Source: Octopus sinensis
Lineage: Eukaryota
Length of the DNA: 64,000 bases
Reading direction: 5' to 3'
NCBI RefSeq assembly: GCF_006345805.1
Contig: NC_043000.1
Coordinates: forward strand, 89,466,001-89,530,000
Shown: piece after piece, positions 24,040 to 37,148 of the stretch
Position numbering within the stretch: position 1 is the stretch's first letter
Layout of the letters: every line of letters starts with the position of its first letter
The notes under the pieces: generated by a model
Databases searched by the model: none
What the model saw: the letters and a program-made list of their open reading frames with translations, nothing else
What the model was told of the DNA's origin: nothing
Translations under genes and position numbers: made by a program

Positions 24040-24815
24040 AACAAATTAATAAATAAAACATATGCATATATACATACATATATGTACGTACCTACATCTA
24101 TATGTATATATACATGCATATATGGGTACAGGACACAAAAAACGTAGAACAAGAGAAAGGGAGAGAAAAAAAGGAATGGTTGTCTTGCTCCTCCTCCTCC
24201 CTCCCGTCGTTGACCCGTGACAAGAGATTTGCTACTGTCTTTCTGACCTGGCTTCCTTCAAGTGTGGATGGCTTTCCTGTCTCTCTCTCTCTCTTGCCGT
24301 CCTCAAAAGCGTTCATAATATTTTTTTCTTTCGTTCTGGCTTAACAGCTCTCAATGTTTGTGTTACTGTTATTCCCCTTGTCCTGTCTGTTACTGTTTAT
24401 ATTTTGTACTGTCTTTACTGTCCTGTTTTGTTACCATTTTTACCCCTCCGCAAAAAAATCGCAAATTTTATTTAATCTGCTTGTGCGGGAAGTACTGTTT
24501 CCACGAAGTCGTGTCTCGCCTTTACCTTCGTAACGCGGTGTAGATGAAACAGAGGCGGCTGAAGAAGGGGAATTTTCCTTGTGTTGTATGTCTTGTACTC
24601 TATTTTTTCGTTGTTTAAGAAAAATGTCCATTTCCTTGGTTTTGTGTTTATGTTTTCGTTTCTCATTGTGTTCGACGTATGTTTGATGTCCTGTACCCAT
24701 ATATGCATGCATATATACATATAGATGCATGTACGTACATATATGTATGTATATATGCATATGTTTTGTTTATTAATTTGTTATTATATGACGGAACGCA
24801 CGCATCCATTTCTAA
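24040..24815. mobile_element. Non-autonomous inverted-repeat element (Penelope-like relic, copy 2)
   Basis: 24040-24150 is inverted relative to 24670-24785. The internal part is homologous to copy 1. CTGAAGAAG at 24559. Confidence 0.55.
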
Positions 24816-24825
24816 GTAAGTTTTA

Positions 24826-24874
<49 letters not shown>

Positions 24875-24950
24875 TTCTCTATCTCTCTCTCTATATATAT
24901 ATAATATATATATGTGTGTGTGTGTGTGTATAAATATATATATATATTAT

Positions 24951-25023
<73 letters not shown>

Positions 25024-25029
25024 ATATAT

Positions 25030-25250
25030 ACACTCACGACATCTACCAAATCCAGTCCCGAGAATTTGGTCGGCCCGAGACTATAATGGAAGACTTGCTC
25101 AATATGCCACACAGTGGACTGAACCCAGAACCATATAGTTGGAAGCAAGCTTCCTACAATGCAAGTACATGTTTGTGTGTATATGCGTGTGATGGGCTTC
25201 ACACCGTTTTCTGACAACAAATTCATCCACAAGGTATTGATCGACCCGGT
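25030..25250 (-). mobile_element. Group-2 SINE head
   Basis: CTTGCTCAATATGCCACACAGTGGACTGAACCCAGAACCAT matches 7220-7270. Confidence 0.75.
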
Positions 25251-27160
25251 GGCATGTCATTACGCACGCAGCGTCAGCCACCGAAACTACGTTGTTACGA
25301 ACCGAAATTCATAAACACACTGCAATACCTGCGTCTTTATATACACATATATATATGCGTGTGCGTGAATGTGTATGTATATATACCTAGATGTGCATAT
25401 ATATATATAATATATACATGCCTTGACACACATATAAGCGCCCTTTATGATTCTTCGTTTTCAAAGCAAACCCATATTGATGGTGATGGTATATGTATGT
25501 ATGTGTGCATGTGTCTGTATCTGTGCGTGCGTGCGTGCGTGTGTGTGTGTGCATGCATACGTCATTGCTCTCGAGCAAGTGTGTGTGTGACTGAATGTGT
25601 TCATTTGTATGTATCTATGTGTATGCGTTATTGCATGCGTGAATGTATAGAATTGCCCCCTGCTTAAGACGAATGCTATTCTTGCACTCAGCCATTGTAT
25701 TCAATTGAAAATGTGTAAACAGTTTCATGTGTTGTCGTAGAAGGCAAATCCTGTTACAAAATATTTTGCGGAACGGTATTTATTTTCACTGTGCACTCAG
25801 TAAGAACACAAACAATATTCACTTGAAATATTTGGTTTTCAATGTTCATTTCTATAATTACACATATCGAGAAAACACGTAGCATCAGCTACTTCGAATC
25901 ATGTTTAGTCTTGCGGTAAATTTTTGGTTAAAATTCGATAATGAGAGACGGAGACAAAATAAGAGAAGGAGCAGAGAGGGAAGTACAAGTCATCATTATT
26001 ATTTCACGTCTTGTCAATATCACATATTTCTACCGTTATTTATCAAAACATCCAAACAACTTTTTTAACAATTTTGTGATACTACAAAAGGAAAGGGAAG
26101 GAGTGAAATTGTGTTTGTACAATTCACAGATAAGGGTGATGCATTCCACTGCGTGTTTAATATGTTTTAAGCAAGGATGTTGTACTTGTTAGATGCTGAA
26201 TTACATTTTTCTTGTTCTGAAAGGAGAGCGGCAAGAATCGCTACGAAAACGCTTGTGCTGTGGATTCACAAGAAATACATAAATCAAATGAGTTTTCATG
26301 CTTGATATTATTTTATCGATTTTGTTATATGTAAAATCCCGTTCTTGCTCATTGGTTTAGGATTAGATTACATAGCATTTGGCTTAACAGACAGAACGAG
26401 AGATACAGCAACAATGAGCGTTGAGGATAGACAGTAGAAATATCTGACTCAACTATGTAGGGATTTGTCGCCTACATCGATGGGTTAATAGGGGCACTTC
26501 TGGTATCGCAGTGGAAAGGGACCGAAATGCCTACAGAGCTGCTTCACCGCTTGATGAAAGACTCCTGCATTCAGAGACGGAGTACAACAGTACCCTCAAT
26601 ACATGTGTTTACGATATAATTTGCGTTACTGTTTTTTCCCCTGCCGTCTATATAGTCTCCTGCTGCTTTGGTATTCACCGAGAGGTTCAGGGATATATTA
26701 ATTTAAGCCTATATAAATAAGTTTAAATTAATGTTCATAATTCTCTACAATTGTGTGGAAACACTACCTCGTGGTTGCATTATCATCCGTCTGGTCATTG
26801 CTGCCTTTGCTGTCGTCGTGCACGCAAATGTATTTGAGGGAACCAAGGTTGCTTTAGACATTAGACCGGATAATTATTTATTTGCTTCACTGAACATACA
26901 CAATATATGATAGAACCAACTCAGTTTGACGTTTAATAGATTACGATACTTCGTTAGTTTTCTACGATGATTCACCTGGCAATACAGAAAGCTGGGGTTG
27001 ATGTGTTAAACACTCCTAAAGTGCTCGAAGAAGGATATTAAGGCGTTGATACTAAAAATCGCTCACCGTAATGTTTCACTTGTTTTAGATAATTGATAAA
27101 TCGGTAAAAGAGAATCTTGCCAAAGTGGGAATATATTATATATACGTGTGTGTGTGTGTG

Positions 27161-27195
<35 letters not shown>

Positions 27196-27829
27196 GCGTA
27201 CATGTCTTTATACATACACACACTCATATATATACATATACGTATATACATATATGTATGTATATATTGATATAATTCTCTATATATATGTGAATGTACG
27301 ATGTATGTATATATATATATATTGAAAAGATTTCCTACGTTATCTTATTAAGTATGCTCGAAATTTTAGCGGACCTGTTTCTATGGCTACATGAAAATTC
27401 CACTGATGAAACAGATGTGGCTAAACAGAGGAGTATCATCTATGGAACATTGTTATAGAAATTGTCACAATTAAGACACTGAGCAAAAATAAAAACAAAA
27501 ATTAAAGAACAATAAATAGATGTAAAATGAAAGTAAGTAAAAGAGATGTAAACACTATTCACGAGTCACTTTATTCAGTAAATGTATTAGTCAACCTACA
27601 ATATATAAACACACACACATACACAAATATATATACATACATACACACGCGCTCATACATATATACATGCATACATACACGTGCACACACATACATACAT
27701 ACATACATACATACATACATACATACATACATACATACATACACACATACATACATACACACATACATACATATATATAATGGTGGTAAGCTTGCCTATG
27801 TATAGAAAGAATTAAGAATAGACACAAGT

Positions 27830-28290
27830 TTATATTATAGTTCCTGTTCGAGTTTTACCATTATAGTTGCAGAATTAATGCCAAGAATTATTTGGGTATT
27901 TTGGTCAAGTATGTCCATCCTACGGTGCAAACATTTTTTTCATTGATGATAGTGCGATCTTTCAGGACGATGACGTGCCGATTCACGGATCTGATATCAA
28001 CCAAAATCAGTGCATAGTGCGCAGAATCGAAGTAAACCAATTGGATTAACCCCACCCCAATAATCACCTTTTACTGTGCATTTCGGAGCAGTAAATGGAA
28101 GCCACTTGCCTCCATCATCGCTGTAAAATAGAACAAAATTCCAGCAGTAAACCGTTCAGAAACAGTGCGTGTCAGTTCCTCCAATTATTCATGCTATGAC
28201 TGACATGACATGTAGACCAACTTCGAATAAAAAATTAAATGTACTAATGTGTTTTCGCTATTTTTCTGAACCCCTGTATACATACGTCTG
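27830..28290 (+). mobile_element. Tc1-like transposase relic with right end
   Basis: RINAKNYLGIL...AIFQDDDVPIH (a Tc1 FQDDNAPIH-like motif). Ends ...AACCCCTG followed by TA. Confidence 0.6.
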
Positions 28291-29652
28291 CATGTATATG
28301 TGCGAATGCATGTAATAGTGTCACAATCCAGGTAAAATTCTGTCATTAATAGAAAGATGCTTAAAACCAATACCATAAATACACAAATGTTCAAATGACA
28401 ACACCGGCATCCATTTTGTTCAATACATTTTAAAAGTACTTCATGAACTAAGTCTTCTTTTATTAAACTATACGTACACAGCTAAATAACAAACATTTCT
28501 AAACATTTTCCACAATAAACATAAATTAATACATTTAAATTATAAAAACTAGAATTTACATTACAATATAATTTCCCTTTTTTAAAATTAGTTTCAATCA
28601 AACTGACATTTTACGCTAAGAAACACAATATTACCAAAATGCATGAGTGATAGCGTAACACATTTTCAAAACAGCTAATTGATTGAAAATACAGATAAAA
28701 CAGTTTTAGGCAACCAATGCAAGTTAGAAATAAAGTGATGAAAGCAAAAGGAAAATAAAATAGTAGTTTGCACTTTTACTTAGAATTTCAATGATTTGGA
28801 TTTCAAATCCTCTTATCAAGGGAAGATAGAGGAAGATGATGAGGTGGTATCTTTTGCACATATGATGTACACAGATAATTAAACAGATAATTGAAAAGTT
28901 AATTACACTCCTTTGAAGAAGATACCTGCTTACTACCATCCTCCATTTTCTCTTCATGGAGAAGGTTTGAACCTGCGGTAAGGAAATATAATGTAAAAGT
29001 GTAAACTGTTGGATTTTTTGTTTTACTTTGCTTGTTTTGCGTTGCTTTTTTTTCACACCTTTATTTCCACGTTGAATTAAACTGGTAGCTTTCGCTCCAT
29101 TTCACAATACTACATATAATCTAATTAAAAACAATTATACTCAAACATATATACATGTACATATGCTCGCAGGGTTGTATGTATATGTTTTTATATGTGT
29201 GTGTGTTGCTAAGCTGTGAGGAAGGCAGCTCTTCTGGGAGAAAAATACTCTTACATAAAATTGCAGTCAAAATCAATGTTTGTCACTGGAACCAATTATG
29301 GCGACCGAGAGAATAGTAAAAGTGTTCGTGCCAGCTGTGACATAGATTGCCTCACTATCATTTCATTTCTTGATTCATTTTGTATTTAATAAACACCTTT
29401 GGCGATCGATACGTGGCGTGAAAAGTCATATCCTCGCATATGCAGGAATGGAAGTAAATCAGAGGAATCGGATTGAATGAGGTGGCCATCTGATAAGAAG
29501 ATGCAATCCATATGTGCGTCCATTTCTAGTTCCTTGCATGTGTAAGTGCATGTTGACGCAGATGTATTTATGCTTCCTTTATTGACACTGAAATTGCGAC
29601 TCACGACTCTCGAATACACGTCATTCCAACCATCAGACGAAACTGTTACAAC

Positions 29653-29718
<66 letters not shown>

Positions 29719-29913
29719 ACAGATGGATTATGTGTTAGTAGACTACAGCTGTTTCCAACGTATTTCTAATTGATTAATGGAGACATTACATCTTTAGAAA
29801 AAAACAGTTTTCAACACAACATTCTAAAATATTCATAGCCGACGGCATGAGCACCTTCCAAATTGGACTAACAAATTCATTTTATGACCAGCAGGGGTTG
29901 TAAAATCATGATA

Positions 29914-29987
29914 AGCTAGTACTCGAGTTTCGAACTTTCCAGAATACGTTTGTTATCGTAAATCTGGTTAGTCTTCTTCAGCTAGGT
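29914..29987 (-). ncRNA. Apparently intact minimal type I hammerhead ribozyme (Penelope-like LTR relic)
   Basis: Minus strand: ACCTAG-CTGAAGA-A-GAC..CCAGA..TCTGG..GTTC-GAA-ACTCGAGT-A-CTAGCT. Core CUGANGA and GAAA, GUA cleavage triplet, palindromic stem III. Confidence 0.65.
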
Positions 29988-30368
29988 TCACCGTAGACGA
30001 AATTTAAAATATCCGCTACATCAATGCCTGTATTTTCGGTTGATACGCCTAGGCATAAACAGAGCCGAGATCAGTGAAAAAGTGATGCTATTTTATATAC
30101 GCATATATTTGTACTTGAAGATCCGGTTCCAAATATCTGATAGCTATACATTTAATAAATGGCTGAATGTTTCGTTAATGTTTTTATAGTGATGAATAAA
30201 TATTTATTTGGGTTTATGGTGCGTGTATATGCTTCCGAGTTGTATGTGTCTATTTGTGTAGCAATTTGTATTTCTTTGGAATTTGGTTTACTGACGTTTC
30301 CTCAAGGAAATATACTCGTATGTGATTGTGTATAAGTGGATGGGTACAGGTTAGAGTGATCCAACGGT

Positions 30369-30480
30369 GTGCAGATCAATGACTCTGCGATGGACATTTG
30401 TTTTTTCAATGATAAAGTGAGAGAGTTAAATGGAGATGAGGTAGTAGTGAGTTTCAATATCGGTAGCCATATCTGTCTCT
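30369..30480 (+). pseudogene. Possible Penelope-like RT micro-fragment
   Basis: KVRELNGDEVVVSFNIGS resembles the PLE RT 'DE.LVSFDV.SL' motif and lies next to hammerhead relics. The match is short. Confidence 0.3.
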
Positions 30481-31627
30481 ACAGATATCTTTTTAATGAA
30501 TGGTGTTGTATGACTGAATGGTTATACATAGACACACAAGCACACGTTCGTGTGTGAGTGCACATACTTACATACAAAACATACATACATATAACACATT
30601 CATGTACACAGATATATAAATATATCATATACACAAATACACATAAATATATATTACATATACCTAAACATAAATAATATAAATGTATATATGTGTATAT
30701 GCGTTATATACATGACGATGTATATATATATATAGTATATCTATGCATATATATGTAATATGTTTATATATGTGTATATATGTATGTGTATATGTATGAG
30801 TTATACGTATAGGTGGATAGATACATATATACATACGTTCATACATACATACTAGTGCAGACATACAAAATAATTTATTGCACAACAAAAATAAATTATT
30901 TTCCCATGATGTTGGTTGCAAAACGATAGTCATCCTATGGATATCAACTGGTGAAATAAATATATTTATCTCTTACCTCCTGATTTTTTTTTATTATTCT
31001 ATATACTCCACATGAAATAATCACTGACTAGATTTACTGAATTTCGGTTGCATAGGACTCTATATTACACTCCTACGTATTGGTTTACTATAAAATTTGT
31101 AGCCCGGTCCACTAAGGAAGCCTTTTTATGATTACCACCGTATTATATAGATCCATATGGTATATGATGTATATTATATATATATATATATATATCTGTG
31201 TGTGTGTGTGTGTGTGTACAGGTATATGTAATCAACCATAAAAATACCATCTACTAAAAAATATATCTGCCACTATAGATTGGACTTGTCATAAAGAAAC
31301 TAACCTTCACCAGACCTCTCACATTTTTATGTTTTGTCCCTCAATCACTGAAAAACAATACGCATCGTAGATTTAGACATTTGCACACCAACTGACCACA
31401 CAAACACACGGGTCCATTCTCTTATACACATACATATACCCATATACACGTGCACACACACACACACTCATACAAGCACACCCACATATACATATCCATG
31501 AAGAAAAGCCAATAAAGCAAAATCTAGGGAAATAGAAATTGCCTCATACACACAAAGTTATTAGTCCAAAAGAAAATTCCATGGGAATCAGATCTCCTCA
31601 CAAAGCAATCCCCAAAAGTATGTATGT

Positions 31628-31685
<58 letters not shown>

Positions 31686-32490
31686 ATGTATGTATGTAGT
31701 ATATGTATGTAGCATGTATGTATGTACGTATGTATGTATGTATGTATGTATGTATGTATGTATGTATGTATGTATGTATGTATGTATGTTGCCATCTTAA
31801 ATTACGGTCAACTTATTTACACCAACTACACGTTTTGAAACCGATATTTCGTTAGACAATCGTTCTCAGCACGATAAAGAACTGCGCGGATTTTGAAAAA
31901 ACACTCTTCCAACGAGTTTGTAATTTTGGAGAAGAAATTCAAAAAATAATATTCTCCACATTTGGAATTTAAATTGTAAACTACATAATTATCTTATAGA
32001 ACAAAATTCTCTTTCTAACAAGCAAATTTATCGGAAATTTACCTGCATACTAATTATATCGTTAAATCTATTTTTTTAGAATGTATAATAGCGCTTCACA
32101 GATTGTTTTGCTTTAAATTTTGTTCTATTTAAGTTACAAAAATTATTTTATTTTGTTCAGATTAAAATAGTTTTCTTCCACTATTTGGTTTGAATTTAAA
32201 AGTATTTCTTTGACTTTAAATTTATCTTATTTCATACTGTTGGTCAATTGTTAATAATTCAAGAATATATTATTATAGCTTTCTTACATAACCTCACATA
32301 TTTTCTTACAACATATTATTTAGCCGAAAAGTGATTTCTTAACTATTTATGTCTATCAAATTAGCGACGAAAATACAGAGTTATTTTATTTAAAATACAG
32401 AAGTATTTATTTTATCAGTTCCATAGAATCATCGATATTAAATAAGTGGATAAACTACGTTTCAGTATTTGAGAAGATAGATAGATAGAT

Positions 32491-32830
32491 AAGTTTCTTT
32501 ATTGGCCACACAGGGCTGCACACAGATGGGACAAATTACAAGGTAAGAGATGGGTAGAGAAAAGGTATGGGCGAGAGGATACCAAAGTGAGTAGTAGTTT
32601 TAGTTGTAAAATTCAAAGTGGATAGAAGAATACATGGATGTCAAATTTCTATAAATAGACGTATGTATGTTAGTGTGAAGGTAGGAATCAGAGAGAAAGA
32701 AAGCCGGTATAATGACATACGTACGCGCGCACACACGTACATATACAAGTGCGCATATACATCATTTATACACACATACATACATATATATATATATATA
32801 TGGATATACACTCACATACATATATATACA

Positions 32831-32869
<39 letters not shown>

Positions 32870-34209
32870 TATATATAATACATATATATATACATGCATA
32901 CTCACGCGCATCCGTAAATGTGTTCATACACGCATATGCGTGCGCATACATATGCTCATACGTACACATACATACGCGCTGGCGCACACGCGCTTACGCA
33001 CAGTCACATGCACGAGCGCATACAGCTACATACGTATGCATATATACACATACACACACTCACTCATATATATTTGTATGTAGATTTTGCAAGTACATAT
33101 ACACACACGTACATATATATATATATACATATGTAAATATATATATATATACATATACCCACATACATTTTCTTTTGTGGGATGAAAAAAAAAACAAAAA
33201 AAACAAAAAAAAGAAACAAAAGAAAGTGGCGTAGGTTTTCGATCAAAAGGGATCGTAAAAGGGGAAAAAGAAAAAAAAGAAAAGAAAAGAAAAAAAAGAA
33301 AAAGAAAAAAAGGAAAAGAAAAATAAAAAAGGAAGAAAAAGGAGAAAAAAAGGGGAGAGAAAAAAAACGATCAATAGGGATCGTGTATCACAGTGTCATG
33401 ATGTACGGTGTAAAGGGGAAAGCAGATAAGGTTTATCCGTGGGAAGAAAAGCCTACGAAAAAGACCACGGTAACCTCGGTCAATATTGTTATATGTTACC
33501 ACATTTGTTTGCAAGTGGGTAACCCTCTATTTTCAATTTCTGGGTTCATAGGATTATGCTCAAGGTGGCTTCGTCATTCATACGTGCCATCCTTGCTACA
33601 TTCACCCATCTTTTTTTAAAACATTCGCTAGACAAAACATGCCTTTCTACTCTCACTTTCCTTTTCAAGTGTTACTTGAAGAAGTTGATGAAAGATTGAC
33701 CAGAGAGGAAAGTGTTTGTCTCCAATCCTTTCAGACGCGTCCACCAGATACATTCCTTCGCCATAGCCACAAGGATGATAAAAATAGCTCTTCCTTCCCG
33801 TTTGAAGGAAGGAGGCGTGACAATATTGACGATAGACTCAGCTGATAAACCGACTCGTCCCACACGTGACAGCAGTTGTTCGACATAAGCCCACAGGTCG
33901 GAAATTGTTGGACACTGCACGAGTGCGTGCAGAACAGTTTCGTCGCTCTGACCGCATCTCGGGCAGGTCGGCCCCGTGTTTCTCGAGCCGTGTCTGTAGA
34001 GCTTATCCCGAACGGGTAGCGCTTCTCGGTAGCACTGCCAGGCCAGGGATCTCTGGAAGTTGTCCATGGGCCCTGGCCCGAAAGTCGTCCCGAACAGGCG
34101 GATCAGGTATTCCTCGTCGACGTCCAGGTTCGCTCTGAGCTCGTCGTCGTACCTCCCCTCCACTAATCCCCTATAGAATGCTTTGGTTGTGATGGAGTCA
34201 CTCAAGGTC
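32491..34209 (-). mobile_element. 5'-truncated Tx1/L1-clade LINE (zf-RVT C-terminus plus 3' UTR), copy 2, inserted in (AGAT)n
   Basis: ORF 33672-34289 contains LAWQCYREALPVRDKL...CPRCGQSDETVLHALVQC (RT-associated zinc finger) and a nonsense codon at about 33672; the frame continues to about 33550. (AGAT)n at 32475-32490 and 34210-34283. Confidence 0.85.
32544..33168 (+). repeat. About 625-bp direct copy of 36825-37438 embedded in the Tx1 3' UTR
   Basis: Near-identical from TAAGAGATGGGTAGAG to ACCCACATACAT; differences are mainly microsatellite length. Confidence 0.9.
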
Positions 34210-34284
<75 letters not shown>

Positions 34285-34863
34285 CTCATTAAAATTCCTT
34301 CGTATCAGCGTACCAAATGTTTATATTTCATTTGGAACAATAAATTTCCTAAATTTATCTTTCTCGACGTTTCTAGGTTACATGAGCTCCATCTTCAGAA
34401 GGAGGTATGATTTCGGCTTCTTTTCTACCCTTACATTTGTGTTTATTTAAATATTAGGTGTTCACTAAATGATAAAAGGCGAATGAGGCAGAACATCCTG
34501 CAAATGGGAGTGTTACAGCCTGGAAACATTGAAAAGATGAATTTGAGAAATTTATTGTTTAATATATATCTGCCCAAATTTGAAACCTATATATGTCTAT
34601 CAGTTTCAGTGTGTGCATAATTTAAAGGAAAAGAAGTTAAGATAAATAAATCAAAGCGGCAAAAATCAGATTCAATGTAAAAAGAAAAGACAATTAAACG
34701 TTAATCAAAGTATCATGCATTCTGAATTCTTTAGTTGCAATGTAGTAGTTGAGATCAATCCAAATAAGGAGAAGAAATATTCTGAAGGATCAAACTGTTG
34801 TGTGGACGCACCCAGACGATTAAATAGGCTAGCCCAATACGTAGATATAGTGGGAGAAGCCTA

Positions 34864-35090
34864 TTTCTTTACTACCCACAAGGGGCTAAACACAGAGAGG
34901 ACAAACAAGGACAGACACACGGATTAAGCCGATTATATCGACCCCAGTGCGTAACTGGTATTTAATCGACCCCGAAAGGATGAAAGGCCAAGTCGACCTC
35001 GACGGAATTTGAACTCAGAACGTAGCGGCAGACAAAATACTGCTAAGCATTTCGCCCGGCGTGCTAACGTTTCTGCCAGCTCGCCGCCAT
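34864..35090 (-). mobile_element. Full-length young group-1 SINE (tail a) with a 36-bp target-site duplication
   Basis: Complete head (reverse complement GGCGGCGAGCTGGCAGAAACGTTAGC, A-box) and B-box GAGTTCAAATTCC. Direct repeats at 34828-34863 and 35091-35126. Confidence 0.9.
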
Positions 35091-35682
35091 GCTAGCCCAA
35101 TACGTAGATATAGAGAGAGAAGCCTAGACGTCAATGAGAGAGCAGAGTTGAGTAGTAGAGGCACCAAACGAGCGACATAACACAAACATACTTCGAAACT
35201 AATAAAAGCAGTTAGCTGGTCTGGTAGCAAAACAATAGTTGTGGCAACTGTTTCTGTATCAATAAGCGTCACCAGCATTCCACTAGGCCATAAATGCATC
35301 CTACATTTTTTTCTTTGTATATGACTAAGTATCTGGTCTGATGCATTCATAAGACAATGCAGTATTGATGAGTTGAACACGTACGCACAGATATTTCCTT
35401 GTCTGCGGACAATCAGATTAATTTTTCTTAATGTCTAAGTCAATATCGGAATATTCTTTCTTCTTCTCAATCACTTTTCATTTGGAATTAATCGTTCTTG
35501 TCTCAGTGCAGTAATAAAGCAAGAATTTATCTTGTACTTGAGTTTTATTCATCTTTTTTATATAGATGTGTATGTATTTGTGTGTGTGTGTTTGAGTATG
35601 TGTGTGTACCTGTGTATGAAAGTTTGTGCGTAAAGTATGTATGTGTACTTATATACACACAGGCGCACACATATTCATATAC

Positions 35683-35738
<56 letters not shown>

Positions 35739-36171
35739 AATTAAATAAATATAAAAGAAATTGGGGAAGCGTTTACATTGAAATATGTATATATATACAC
35801 ACAGAAGGGCTTTACTACCGAAAAAAAACTGACACTTTTTATTAGGTTCTTAGTATCGCAAATAATAAAATACATATGAACGTACACACACACACACATA
35901 CATACATAATACATACATACATACATATATATATATGTGTGTGTGTGTGTGTGTATGAAAGGTAATGGTATCTAGAAGACCCAAAGAGGGGCAGGTAACG
36001 CTAAGTGCTATGAACAGACCGTACTTAAACTTTGGTTCGATAGTGATACGAGTGAGGAGTCTAATGTAGGTCTTGTATTAGCATGCATGTATATATTAGA
36101 CAAATTGAGATAACAAAGCCAAGACTGCGAGGAGTTTTCAGGACATTTATAAGGAGAGAGATATAGATAAG

Positions 36172-36219
36172 GTCTTACAGCTCTTTGTGGGATATCATGG
36201 ATATACCCTCATCAGAGAC
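36172..36219 (-). ncRNA. Decayed minimal hammerhead motif
   Basis: GTCT-CTGATGA-GGGTAT..ATATCCC-ACAAAGAGCTGTA-AGAC. Stems I and II are intact; GAAA is mutated. Confidence 0.45.
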
Positions 36220-37111
36220 GATGTAAGTTGGTTAAATAGAGGTAAATATTTGAGTTCGAAATAAGGATTTATTATGGAAAAGGAGGAGGTAGGGAATATA
36301 GAGGGAAATAAGTGAATGAAAGACGAAATAAAATATAAAATATATGAAGATATTATAGTTTCAGTTCCATTATTCTAGGAAAGTGGTGTATAGAAATGGC
36401 GCAAAAGCTTCCTGTACATGGTATGTAAGTTCCAATAGTAGTTCATGCTTAGTCATTTCAAAGTATGTAGCCGTGGATTCTGTGTTGTTCATTCGAAAGT
36501 GTCTTGTAGTGTGAAAGAAAATTTCAGAATGTATTGGTAGCATTTGTGGATAGATGAGAGGAAAGAAGTGCGTATTATTAGAATGAAAAGATATGTCAAA
36601 ATGAAAGCAGGAAACGAAAATGAGAGGAAGAAAGAAAGAAGAGAAAATGAAAAAAGAAAAAAGGGGAAATGGGCGAAAGAAGTGAGAAAAGGAGTGTTAG
36701 TTGGTGGTGAAGATAATGTGAGGAGATGATGCGAGAGCAGTGGGGAGGAATAGGAAGAGATGAGAATGTAAGGAGTAAATAAGTGTGAGATATGTGAGTA
36801 GGGGTTGATGTAATAGAGCTGCATTAAGAGATGGGTAGAGAAAAGGTATGGGCGAGGGGATACCAAAGTGAGTAGTAGTTTTAGTTGTAAAATTCAAAGT
36901 GGATAGAAGAATACATGGATGTCAAATTTCTATAAATAGACGTATGTATGTTAGTGTGAAGGTAGGAATCAGAGAGAAAGAAAGCCGGTATAATGACATA
37001 CGTACGCGCGCACACACGTACATATACAAGTGCGCATATACATCATTTATACACACATACATACATATATATATATATATATGGATATACACTCACATAC
37101 ATATATATACA

Positions 37112-37148
<37 letters not shown>

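Noticed and set aside
26205-26280. Hammerhead-like CTGAAAGG-AGCG/CGCT-GAAAACGC
   Set aside because: Too many core deviations to support.
28926-28972. 47-nt minus-strand mini-exon (SNLLHEEKMEDGSKQ) with a good acceptor
   Set aside because: Too short to distinguish from chance, weak donor, and no recognisable homology.
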